A stretch of DNA of 64,000 nucleotides from Phoronis australis (Eukaryota; Animalia; Phoronida), in the NCBI GenBank assembly GCA_002633005.1, contig NMRA01000663.1, positions 94,432-158,431 on the forward strand, written 5' to 3'. Of this stretch, positions 24,201 through 35,498 are shown in pieces (within the stretch, counting starts at the first letter, position 1; each line of letters starts with the position of its first letter). The position numbers and the translations under genes are program-made. The notes under the pieces are model-generated. The model saw nothing but the letters and a program-made list of their open reading frames with translations, made no database searches and was not told where the DNA came from.

Positions 24201-27200
24201 AAACAACAGTTTCAAAACTTGTGCTACTTGGGGCTTTAAAGTTACTTCAAAAATGAACTCCACTGTAGATCAACTCATTCTCACTGCAGTACAAATTTGC
24301 CTTCTCCGTGTGTTATGTGTCAGTTGTTGGCTTATTTGTCCACTAGTAGTTTGTACTTGATATTTGTGTAATTGGGTAGGAGGCCTCAGTGTTCTATTCT
24401 GACTAGTCTGCTGTGAGTGTAGCAAAAGATTGTTTGTAGGGTTAGCACAAGTCAAGAAGCCAATTGACCCTTGTTTTGTCGATTCTGCTTGTCTGAGCTT
24501 TGAGACAGGAATCTTTAAATGCTTGTAACTATTTGGTTTGCGTCTTGTAACTTTTGATCATCTCGATTGTGCTTCAAAAAGTTTCAAAAGTTGGAAGCAA
24601 GAATTTGTCCGTAAGATTAAAATTTAAATTTAAATTCCATCTCTGGTTTTTCCAGTCAAACAATGGAACAAGGTTACATTCTAGTCATTTGGAATTTGTG
24701 CATACTTATTTAATAGCAGAACCATTATCTTTGGAATTTCTTTCCTTCTTGTCTGAGAAAAAATACTAGCCCATGGATTTCGACTAAGATGTGTATTTAG
24801 ATGCACGTTGACAAAAATTGTTGATCACAAAACAATGTTCAGGATTAATTATTTTCAACAATGTTCGCTTGAGCTCTCTGTATGTTTGATGATTGCTCAC
24901 TGCACAACAATAAAGCAGACGGCCAAGAAAACATGGTTGTGTGTTCAACAAATTTTGTCAATGGTTTGCGTGCTGCCAAATCATTCAGTTGCATGTACAA
25001 AAACATACAAAATCAGTTTACAAAAAAGTACTGTCTTACAGACCAATTCTCCTCTCCAATAATAACATTGTGCTTTGAAGGAAAAGTGATGTTGTTTTAG
25101 AGGGTTTAATAGTATCTGGACCTAAAGTGAGTAGATGTAGATGTAGATGTTATAATTTCCTACTTCATCGTTAGAATCTGTCTGTAACGTTTCCAAAAAC
25201 AGTCTCAGATTTTCCGTGCTCATTTCTTTCATTGAATTTAGAGACATTATAAAAGGTCCCTAACCTAACTCCTTATGCAACAAGCTAAAAACCCTCATTA
25301 CCAATAAATGTTATTCTGGTTACAGGTTTTGGGATGAAAAAGTTGCCTATACACCCGAATCGAGAATAAAAGTGCATAAACATCTTGAGGAAGCCCGTAA
25401 AAAAGAAGAAAATAGGTAACAAAGAAGAAAATAGGTAACGTTAACGCTAAATAGGAAAGGGTTCTCTACTGTGTGGCATCTGGAAGTTCAAATAGTGAGT
25501 CCAGGAGGCGCTCTTTCATGCAGTAAATGTAGACCTGTTTGATATGGTTACTTTGTGACTGGTAAAACTTGTTGAGGTTTATTTTCTTACCTAATGGGAC
25601 CTGTGAAAATGTGCCTGACATTCTTAAAATAGGTCAGTGAAAACAATGCGCTTTCTTGCCTCTGGTACAGAGGAGAGTTCTGTCACTGTGTAATCCAAGG
25701 CGGCCCTATTGTCCAGCAGGACAGTGAGAGACATGATGAGTGTACACCATCGTCATCCAATGCTATCAATCCGAAATCACCTTGTTTTGTCAGTATTGCG
25801 TTGTTACTCGGGAAGAAAGCTAAAATGTTCTGCGCTGTTGTCATCTACATATTAAGGAATGTTTACAATGTATAGCATCAAAGGAATGTTTTACAACAAA
25901 CAGGACCTACTATTACAACAGAAATACTGCCCAGATTTCTTGATGTGTATCAGACTAAAATTAAGGTCCATTTCTGAAATTTCTACTATTCTTCAGCAAA
26001 GAAGACACACCCAAGAAACAAAGGACCCTTATAACAGAGGATGGTAGAATCCTGAATGTCAATGAAGCCCAGTGAGTAAAATAGACAAGAGTGTGATATG
26101 TTGGACTATCACTGAAATTGATGATCAGCATAGATGGCAATAGTCACTTACAGGTGTGCCCACAATACTTTATTTTTGTCAAGTCTTTTGACTAAAAATC
26201 TGTTTTTATGAGAAATTTGTGTTACGTAGCGAGAGAATGAATTGAACATAACCATATCGATCGTGCTTGAATATGTATTCTTTCGTGTGATTATCAAACG
26301 ACCACCTATTGGTAACTCGCTTTAATTTTTTTTCTTTTCATTTTAAGCAGTTTTGTTTTTCAGTTGAAATTTGAAACCATTTTTATATTTTTCATTTCAG
26401 AGTTGATTTTTCCCTCATCGATGATGAAGATAAGAATGAGTATGTTCTTGATATCGCTGTGTTCAGGTTAGTTGGTATTAATAAATTATTAAATGTAAGT
26501 GCTTCATTATGGGTGTAATGATACATATGCAACGCCACCTGTGTCAAATGTACAAACTACTTAACCAGTGAACTCACTGATACATAGTAAAGCAGTTTAT
26601 AACAGTGAAAAGAAATCACAGTGTAAAGAAGGTGTAAGAAAATGCACATGACTCATCACATTTATTCAAAAATGTAAAAATGTGTGATTCGGTGACATTT
26701 AGCGAAACTTACGGTAGTTCTTAGCAGCAAATACCATATCGTAACTGAAAATTCATATGAAATATTGTTAGTAAAACAGCAATTTTTTTAGAAAAGCTTC
26801 CTTTGTTACTGAACTTTGAAGGGTTAGAAAAGTGGTCAATAGTCAGACCATCCCACGTTGTCAGAATGACGTGTTCTAAAACCAGGATAACGCAGATGTT
26901 GATCTCACGAGACAGGTCATTGTCTGCATACTCAGGCAGCCAAAGTGTTGGAAGTAAACTTGTATATACGCTGGTTTTAGTGCTCTGGTTTGAGTAATAC
27001 ACTTATAGTGTTCAGGCTTCCACAGTAATGACAGAACATGTGCTGTAGGGTTTTAAGTGAGAACACTTTGTTCCTACATCCCCATTCAGGTTCCATGCTG
27101 TAAAGTTATTGTTGCAGAGATGTGCAGTGATTCACGTTCTCAAATTTTCATATTAATTGTTTTTCAGACACATGGATACATCGCTATTGGACATTGATGT

Positions 27201-30200
27201 TCAACCCAGTTACATACGAGTGTACTTGAAGGGCAAGGTATGGAAATAAATAGGTCAAGAAACTAGCCATGCATAGACATCATTGCGAGTTCTTTCAAAT
27301 CATTGTTGCTGAAATACTGCCTAATGCTTATTTTTGTTGTTTTTCGATTTGTGGACTAAAACCTGCCTTAAACCCAAACATTCATCACAAAAAACGACTC
27401 AATTTAGATCGTTTTTCGTAATCAAATCACTCTCCAGTAACAATGAACCCCGAGTTCTTTCCAAGCCCACGAACCACTGTTTGTCTGAGTAAGGGACAGT
27501 TTTGTAGCAGAAATGATGTAAATCAAAAATGGATGCGAATTTGTTGTCACTTTGATAAGTCATTGTAAGTTTTTGTCTTCTAATTACAAATAGTTGTCTG
27601 GATTAGCTAATTAAGGCTGATCATACTTAGGATCCTTTTACCTCTCTTGCTAAATGTTGTAATACTAAATATTTCAAATCTTTTTCGGTTTTAATAAGCC
27701 ATTTTTCATTAAAATAGTTGCCCTTGCTTGCAAAAACTATTAATAACTGCATGATAACACAATTTTTATCTGTCTCTATTAGATATTTATGGCACTCTAA
27801 GTTGGGTTTTGTTCCCGTGAGAATTTTCTCATGGAACGAGGGCATGTGCTTTACAGCGGAGGCAAAGTTTAAGCAAATAATGTGTGTGTAAATGTGTTTC
27901 CGCGGTAAAATCTCACTAATTTCAGACGACAGTAATTGCCAACATTGTCAGTTGTCAGAGGGTTGTGCCGTTGTTGTGAATGTCCACAGTTTGTTGAAAT
28001 ATTGTCTGTTGATGGCTGTGCTACAGAACTAGAATGTGGAAAAGCATTCATTTGTTGCTATCTTTTATGGAAAAAATGAGAAAATGAAATTTCAAATGTC
28101 CCCCGTATTGTATCCTGATTTGGTGAGATTTTACCATAAGTTATGGTATGGATATATGACACACATTCAAGACTATAGTACTGAACGTGAGCACTGAATG
28201 GTTGGTCTGTTCACTACAAACTGTATTAAAACTTGCAATGATTCCACGTTTCGTTGTTTATTTCTCCAGCCACCGTCAGGTTTTGTGAAGTCAAACTTTA
28301 TTATTCTCTAATTCAAAGATTGCTCGTCAAATAAATTTCCCATGCAATGCTGGTACCAAATGTTCTTTAAATGCCAAAAGTAATTGTTGAATAAATATTA
28401 TGACCCTTAATTTTCCATCATGATGGCTAGATGCTAGTAAAATCCATGTTTGTGAGAAAAGATCATGGGCAGTTATTGCAGTGTTTTGTCCAATTTTGTT
28501 TTTCCAAGTATTGAGTATCATGTTTTTTCAGGTGCTACAGTTAAAATTTGATGAAGAAGTTAACGTTGATTCCAGTAGTGCGCAGAGATCTTCAACCACA
28601 GGTCACTTGGTGGTCACATTACCTAAGGTCAGTGCCTCTGAACTATGAACTTTGAACTAAACTCAATACTTGACCAATTACAGAATTCTATTTTCGCATA
28701 TTGTAGAATACAATCATTTACAAAATATGTCAATAGACTGGTACTTGCAAGTTTGGAGAGATTTTGTGTTAGGTTTATGCGATTGATTTAATTGTTGTTG
28801 TTTTGTTGCCTCTTTTTGTCTCCCTTATTTTCTCGATTCCAAACTTGTACACCTTGTATATATGTATATGTGTTATACTTCGAAAGAAAAATATGAAAAA
28901 GATACTTGACTATATTAAATAAGTAGAATCAATAATAAACATGATTTAAGAAGTCACAAACCTCCTCATGCAGACCAACACGATAACTCACCAGCAAACC
29001 GTTCTATAAATAGACCGCATTGTAGTTTCATGTCACGTGACATCGTGAACTTAGAACACCTTTGTTTAGCCACGTGTGTCGGTAGCGGCTGCGGTAAAAT
29101 TTGCCAAAATTCGGGATTGTATTCAGCTAAGTCTGTGTGTGGCATTAGAAGCAGAGGAGTTGGTTGGATGCACTTTTGATCGCAGTTTGAGTTTAATGTG
29201 TTTTTGCGTTTATAAACCATAAAAAGTTTGAATCTGTGCCTTCAATAGTGCTGCAGATCGCAACTGTCCAGTTTCGGTACCTTTTTAGTTGATGTTAAAT
29301 TTAAAATGAGCAAACATCTATTTTTAAGCAATAAGTGAAATTTCACCCACACGCTATTTTAAAAATTTGGTCCTCAGTGTTACTCAAGTCGGTTTCACAC
29401 ATAGGAGCATCCTTCTGGATTCTCATATTGACCCAGGTTCACACACAGGTGCATAGACGCACACTCGATATAACTTAAGTATGGAATTTGACTCGAAGCT
29501 CTAAAAACTGTATTACTTTGGGAAAGGTTTACTTGTGATTGATTTTTTCAATTTTGATTTTCAGGTGAAATCGTGCATTAAACCAAGTGCTTCAAAACCA
29601 CCAATGCAAAATAAGCCACAGAAAAATACACCGTCACAGTCTCAGGAAAAGCAAGGGTTTGTAGTTTTGTTTCCAAAATGATAGCGTTGTTTTCCAGTGA
29701 CTTGTTTTTAAGACAAACCAATGGTAATCTTTTTGAAAGTTACCAATGAAATTGAATCCCAAGATGAGTTCTTAAAATGCAAAATAATGTGCAATATTTG
29801 TGAAAACATTTTCAGCAAATTTTAGCTGTACCACTGAAAGTTTACCTCAGTTTATTACTGTTGTTACATAGCAGGGGGTCTGATAAATTTTAGAGCAAAA
29901 TTCCATGCCGCATAATCCGAAGTCCATTTCAGCTGCTTATTACGCTTCGTGTTCTAATTAAAAGATGTTTACCAGCTCTTAGACGCATTAATGTGCTCAT
30001 TTCAAGCATACATGGCCACAGGCCCAAGGTACAGTTTCTAACAAAATAAAAATGGTTCCCAATGATACACTTGATCAATTCTTTGTGTCTTGATGACCTC
30101 TTGCAAAAAACATATTCAAATCTAATTACACCTTTCTCATGATTTTTTGACCGATAATTTTTCTGACAATTCACATTTGGCACACACTTAACTTTTTTAT

Positions 30201-30398
30201 TTCTTTGAAAATTTCAGATCATCTCACGAAAAACTTGAAGTGGATCCCAGCAAATCCCAAGGACCTGACTTTGGAAATATTGTGAAGGAGAAGTCTCCTG
30301 TGCCACCACTAGGTGGCGCTCTAAGGACTCATAAGAAAGAGGAGAGAGCAAATAGCGAAGACTTTGTTGACGATCCCGATGTTCCTCCTTTAGAGTAG
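15224..30398 (+). CDS. DNAAF11: Dynein axonemal assembly factor 11 (LRRC6 / tilB homolog), 16 coding exons, 462 aa
   Basis: Exons 15224-15233, 17332-17425, 17976-18049, 18733-18810, 20093-20189, 20870-20945, 22334-22444, 23344-23447, 23789-23863, 25326-25415, 25997-26071, 26401-26466, 27168-27237, 28532-28627, 29565-29656 and 30218-30398 sum to 1389 nt in one frame. Motifs [103 protein letters not shown]. Confidence 0.95.
15773..16844. repeat. Second copy of the 8067-8551 repeat, split by a foldback element
   Basis: Similarity to 8067-8551 on both sides of 15990-16539. Confidence 0.8.
15990..16539. mobile_element. Palindromic (foldback) MITE with 8-bp TSD
   Basis: ~135-bp near-perfect outer arms CACAGGCGTCC…/…GGACGCCTGTG, ~60-bp inner arms, perfect TSD GGTTGCAG at 15982-15989 and 16540-16547. 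Confidence 0.9.
17332..17425 (+). CDS. DNAAF11: DNAAF11 exon 2
   Basis: [34 protein letters not shown]. Confidence 0.93.
17976..18049 (+). CDS. DNAAF11: DNAAF11 exon 3
   Basis: [31 protein letters not shown]. Confidence 0.93.
18733..18810 (+). CDS. DNAAF11: DNAAF11 exon 4
   Basis: [33 protein letters not shown]. Confidence 0.93.
20093..20189 (+). CDS. DNAAF11: DNAAF11 exon 5
   Basis: [38 protein letters not shown]. Confidence 0.93.
20870..20945 (+). CDS. DNAAF11: DNAAF11 exon 6
   Basis: [32 protein letters not shown]. Confidence 0.93.
21327..21550. mobile_element. Partial second copy of the 12501-12969 MITE
   Basis: Shares caggcctt…gacgccctggcaaggacgcccaatgtatcatttgga…cccacattgtaa; right end not located. 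Confidence 0.7.
22334..22444 (+). CDS. DNAAF11: DNAAF11 exon 7
   Basis: [17 protein letters not shown]…YKRKR, AG/GTGAGT. Confidence 0.92.
22899..23059. mobile_element. Short hAT-like MITE (GGGGCAGATCCAGG…TAAATCCGCCACTG family)
   Basis: Imperfect TIRs; collinear with 36464-36609. Confidence 0.7.
23344..23447 (+). CDS. DNAAF11: DNAAF11 exon 8
   Basis: EKQKLEEEE…[14 protein letters not shown]; AAG acceptor, GTGAGT donor. Confidence 0.85.
23789..23863 (+). CDS. DNAAF11: DNAAF11 exon 9
   Basis: Long polypyrimidine tract + CAG, 75 nt charged linker, GTGAGT donor, phase 2-2. Confidence 0.82.
24032..24106. repeat. 17-bp minisatellite (ttgagaccatgatgacc) x~4
   Basis: Directly visible tandem units. 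Confidence 0.9.
25326..25415 (+). CDS. DNAAF11: DNAAF11 exon 10
   Basis: [29 protein letters not shown]. Confidence 0.9.
25997..26071 (+). CDS. DNAAF11: DNAAF11 exon 11
   Basis: [24 protein letters not shown]. Confidence 0.92.
26401..26466 (+). CDS. DNAAF11: DNAAF11 exon 12
   Basis: [25 protein letters not shown]. Confidence 0.9.
27168..27237 (+). CDS. DNAAF11: DNAAF11 exon 13
   Basis: [27 protein letters not shown]. Confidence 0.93.
28532..28627 (+). CDS. DNAAF11: DNAAF11 exon 14
   Basis: [40 protein letters not shown]. Confidence 0.93.
29565..29656 (+). CDS. DNAAF11: DNAAF11 exon 15
   Basis: tttcag acceptor, 92 nt, phase 0-2 as required to join exons 14 and 16. Confidence 0.8.
30218..30398 (+). 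CDS. DNAAF11: DNAAF11 exon 16 (terminal)
   Basis: [10 protein letters not shown]…[14 protein letters not shown]. Confidence 0.92.
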
Positions 30399-30448
30399 TC
30401 ATCGCAGACTGACCCGACTACATGCTTAAGACTCCTGAGACTGCATCA

Positions 30449-30602
30449 CAAACATTTTGAGTCTGGTCTGCACGCCACCTGTTGGCCACATCACGTGACC
30501 TAATGAACCTAAGTCCCGGGGCAGAAATCTTTTCGGACTTTTGTTCATTAGGTCACGTGGTGTGGCCAACAGGTGGTGTGCAGACCAGACTTAAAATGTT
30601 TG
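30449..30602 (+). repeat. Long inverted repeat / hairpin in the DNAAF11 3' UTR
   Basis: ~68-bp arms caaacattttgagtctggtctgcac…aagtcc / ggactt…gtgcagaccagacttaaaatgtttg. Confidence 0.9.
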
Positions 30603-31620
30603 AGATCTATTTTCCATGCTGGTTTTACATAACATACTCCTGAGACCACTATAATGTGATTTTCATCTTGTTCGCGCTGCTAAATATGGTAATTTTCACT
30701 TATTTGGCACACGATATGTGGCCGAAAAGTGGAATTCTATTTTTATTGTCAAATTTCTTCATAAAAGTAAAAATTAAGAAAAGAATCTATCCTTTAGTAG
30801 AATAGTTTGTACTGTTTAGATGACATAAAACGATATTTGGTGAAGTTTTCACTATTTTTAGCAAAGAAATCAGCCTTTGAAAATGGAAAATTACAATTTT
30901 GGCGATTAATTTTGTGGAGAATCATCGTATCACTGAGTTACAAGTCATAGTCCCACGCAGTGCTCTTCCGTTGTTTTTTATATGTCTACCAGTGTCTAAT
31001 CTCTGTACTCCAAAACTCGATTGAAAATTTGACCAATTGCATGTCGCCTAAGAATAAACTACAAATTTGTACTCTTATCATGCAATATGATTGGTTAAAT
31101 TTTGGAGATTAGATCCTGGTCCCTCATTGCTTGTATAGTCTGCTGTTCAGTGTTAAGCAGTATTCATCTTTCCAAATAAAACATGTTATGGCACGTCTCC
31201 GGTTGAGTTTGTTATTGGATGAAACATTTTTTCATCTTTTTTCAGTAAGGTGAGTTGGCACTCAAAATTTTTCACAGTTCAGGGGAATATATGGAGATTA
31301 AGGATTGTTTCTGCGATTTTTTGCTACCACAGAATCATTCCATATTATATTTAGCATCCTAAATAGTATTTTGTGAGATGGGAAAGAACACAAATTCAGC
31401 AAAGAAAAATGAGTAATTTCGAAATAAAAATTGTCAGTTATTCTTGAAACTGAAACTGATGTGTAACGTGACAAAAACTTTGAAGATGTTCCGATAAATG
31501 TGTTCAGCTAGAGTGTACACCACATCAGTTCACGTGGCGTCTATTAACGGCATTGTCGTGATCCCATAACACCTGCAGTCATGCCTCAGTGTAGCACTTG
31601 ACCACGATAACATTTGGCAG

Positions 31621-34582
31621 ACTTTTGTAATCTACATGTATCCTTTAAATCCAGGGAAACAATTTCTATAATTATGAAGGTTAATATCTCACCAATTTAG
31701 GACACTGTGCCCATCAAGTGAAATTTTACTGATCATTTCTTCCATGAAACATAGGTAGCATCAAAACTGAATGATTTTCCATGATCGAGTTTTCTTTCGC
31801 AACTGCCAATAAACAAGTTTTGAAAACTGGACATACAAAACAATGTTGGAACCCATTGAAATTAAAAAAAGGGTTTTTAGCCAATACGGTTGTCCAAATT
31901 TGGTGAGATTTTGCCCTTTGGGTATCAGACTCAAAATCAAGAAATTTCCAATTCCAGAATCTGATCTAGAATCATGCTTGGTTAAACTTGGCAAACAAGC
32001 CTATTCTGTTGGTACACAATACTGTGGTTAACCTCCCCCCCCCCNCCCCCCCCACAAATGAATCAGGAGGTGAAAGCTAAGTCCGGCATCTAAAAGTCAA
32101 CCATTTTTATTTCTTCAAAGTTTTTTCGGTGGTAGTATTTCATAACAAACATATCGGTTTCACCACATTTATTGACAGTGGTTTGCAAACAGTATTTTTA
32201 GTTGAGCATAGAATGGACAGTAATCATGCAGTATACTACTTTTATTTGTATTGATAGTATTAATAATAACTGATGACGATGGCAGTAAAAAGTTTAGCCA
32301 CCAATACCAGGCTAGGAAAGTAGAAATATGAAATTATCATTCAGTGACAATATACAATGCATATTTGAGATAAGCTAAACGAGTATTAAATTGATGAGGT
32401 CACCTGAGCCTCGGTTTCTGTTAACTACCTGTAACGGAATGGCGATTTCCAATAAAATCGTAAAGGCACAGCGGATTTCGCTGTTTTAGAACTTTGATCA
32501 AAGAAGTTTTTACAAAAAAAGGCAAACCTTGGCTGAATTTAATGGAAGCAGACGCTTTTCTTTTGTAGTTGGTGATCGCAGGTGTCAAAGTGAGATTCGG
32601 CTAAATACCTGAAGCAAATTTGCTTTTTGGCCTATAATGGTGGTTCTCCTCACTCCATTAAAATTTGTGGGTTTGAGATACATATATAAGTATCAACTGT
32701 AAGAGTCCTTTCATTTTAATTTCATTTTACATCATTTTATAACACTTCGTTATTTTAGTAGTCAGTTAATGGCCTCTTTGCATGTCATCAAAACTAAAAC
32801 TGGTATTCATTTTTTCCTTACTCTGAGGGAGTGGTATTTGTCAGCTTCGAAAGAACTGACTGACTGTTCGAGTCAGCGTGGTGTAAGTAGAATGGTCTGG
32901 CCCGCAGAGCGCCTTTTGACAAACTTATCTTAGCGGCCGGGTGAGACTGACCAGCCAGTTTGCCACGCCGGTCGATCATAGCAGTGGCGTAGCCATGCAC
33001 GGTAGGGCACAAAGGGACCATGGTCCCACCTAATCACTTCAAAGAAGCTTTTCAGCTCGCGCATAACTTGCGTAACTTGAATATTCTTCAACAAACAAGN
33101 ACTTTTGTAATCTACATGTATCCTTTAAATCCAGAGCAACAATTTCTTTACTTATGAAGGTTAATATCTCACCAATTTAGGACACAGTGTGCCCAACAAG
33201 TGAAATTTTACTGATCATTTCTTCCATGAAACATACCTAGCACCAAAACTGAATGATTTTCCATGATCAAGTTTTCTTTCGCAACTGCCAATAAACAAGT
33301 TTTGAAAACTGGACATTCACAACAATGTTGGAACCCATTGAAACTGAAAAAAGGCTTTTAGCCAATACTGTTGTCCACATTTGATGAGATTTTACCCTTT
33401 GGGTATCATTTCGCTAGACTCAAAACCAAAAAATTTCTAATTCCAGGATCTGATCTAGAATCACGCTTGGTTAAACTAGGCAAACTAGCCTATTCTGTTG
33501 GTACACAATACTGTGGTTAACCTCCCCCCCCCCACCACAAATGAAAAATGAGGTGAAAGCTAAGTCCGACTTCTGAAAGTCAACCATTTTTATTTCTTCA
33601 AAGTTTTTTCGGTGGTAGTATTTCATAACAAACATATCGTTTTCACCACATTTATTGACAGTGGTTTGCAAACAGTATTTTTAGTTGAGCATAGAATGGA
33701 CAGTAATCATGCAGTATACTACTTTTATTTGTATTGATTGTATTAATAATAACTGATGACGATGGCAGTAAAAAGTTTAGCCACCAATACCAGGCTAGGA
33801 AAGTAGAAATATGAAATTATCATTCAGTGACAATATACAATGCATATTTGAGATAAACTAAACGAGTATTAAATTGATGAGGTCACCTGAGCCTCGGTTT
33901 CTGTTAACTACCTGTAACGGAATGGCGATTTCCAATAAAATCGTGAAGGCACAGCGGATTTCGCTGTTTTAGAACTTTGATCAAAGAAGTTTTTACAAAA
34001 AAAGGCAAACCTTGGCTGAATTTAATGGAAGCAGACGCTTTTCTTTTGTAGTTGGTGATCGCAGGTGTCAAAGTGAGATTCGGCTAAATACCTGAAGCAA
34101 ATTTGCTTTTTGGCCTATAATGGTGGTTCTCCTCACTCCATTAAAATTTGTGGGTTTGAGATACATATATAAGTATCAACTGTAAGAGTCCTTTCATTTT
34201 AATTTCATTTTACATCATTTTATAACACTTCGTTATTTTAGTAGTCAGTTAATGGCCTCTTTGCATGTCATCAAAACTAAAACTGGTATTCATTTTTTCC
34301 TTACTCTGAGGGAGTGGTATTTGTCAGCTTCGAAAGAACTGACTGACTGTTCGAGTCAGCGTGGTGTAAGTAGAATGGTCTGGCCCGCAGAGCGCCTTTT
34401 GACAAACTTATCTTAGCGGCCGGGTGAGACTGACCAGCCAGTTTGCCACGCCGGTCGATCATAGCAGTGGCGTAGCCATGCACGGTAGGGCACAAAGGGA
34501 CCATGGTCCCACCTAATCACTTCAAAGAAGCTTTTCAGCTCGCGCATAACTTGCGTAACTTGAATATTCTTCAACAAACAAG
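31621..34582. repeat. ~1.48-kb tandem duplication (31621-33099 / 33101-34582) joined at a single N
   Basis: Both copies start acttttgtaatctacatgta and end caacaaacaag; identical ORFs are offset by 1483. Confidence 0.95.
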
Positions 34583-34791
34583 TATTTCTCAGAGGGCACA
34601 AGTGAGCGCCAGAGTCCGCGGATAAAGCTGCGGATTTTGATCGTCTCAATGAACGAGTAAAGTAAGGTCTTCACATCAGTCTCCATAAGCTTTTTAATCT
34701 TTTTTTCATGCAGTTTGGGAAGAGATTTCGCTTGCGCAGTAAGATTGAACGACAATCAGGCCCCGATATTTCGAAGACAAAGTATGTAACT

Positions 34792-35498
34792 CAGTGGCGG
34801 ATCTTGGATATCACAAGGGGGCCCAACATTTTGTCTGTAAACATTTGCTCAAAGCACGATTGTAGATGCGCATAGCACCGAATGGGGGGGAGGTCGGGAG
34901 AGGGGCCAAACCCCCCTCTTGCCCGCCCAGAAAATTTTTCTGTTATTTCCTTTAAAAATCAAGCATTTCCCTTGATTCCCGAAGTATTATCCAAGAAAAA
35001 AGGCAAAAAAATCGGAGAAAGTGTCAAACAGGAAAAACTGCAAGCGCCACAGACTCAAACTCACGACCTGGCGGATAGAGCGCGCGTGCTTTACCACTGC
35101 ACCACCACGATTTAACTCATACTTTGATACTAAGAGACCTATTTGTTTATGGTCCACAGCGTTTGCGCGCGAAACCTTCTTTTTGTAATGCTTATTGCAT
35201 GTTTTATATTTTGTGCAATCAGTTCGTAACAAATTTGTATTTAAAACAGACGGTAATTGTTTACAATATGACAACATTGACCAACACACATGATTTTGGT
35301 ATCGTTCGATTCCTCGCAACGTTATCTTTCCAAAAATGTATGAATGTTTCCCCTACCGCGTGTGCTCCGTATTTATCCTCGAATTTTGGTTCGCACTATT
35401 TCCCGGTTGACACCTGTGCACATACAATCGCGCTTTGCCCAATTCCCCGAGGCAACATGTTGCCCCCCTCCCCTTATGGTATCCTAGATCCGCCACTG
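34792..35498. mobile_element. hAT-like MITE (CAGTGGCGGATCT…AGATCCGCCACTG), apparently nested in a CAGTGGCGTAGCC-type MITE (34465-35611)
   Basis: 13-bp perfect TIR, tgtaac on both flanks; outer imperfect TIR cagtggcgtagcc / ggctgcgccaccg. Confidence 0.7.
35045..35109 (-). other. tRNA-derived SINE head / tRNA pseudogene fragment
   Basis: Minus strand reads GTGGTGCAGTGGTAAAGCACGC (A-box/D-arm-like) … GTCGTGAGTTTGAGTC (degenerate B-box); no full cloverleaf. Confidence 0.45.

Noticed and set aside
25671-25874. Open frame after an AG in DNAAF11 intron 10 as a possible alternative exon
   Set aside because: No strong donor preserves frame and there is no LRRC6 similarity; exons 10 and 11 join cleanly without it
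32818-34504. Two identical 67-aa ORFs suggesting a duplicated gene
   Set aside because: They lie in the probable haplotype duplication and overlap a MITE end; no recognisable protein
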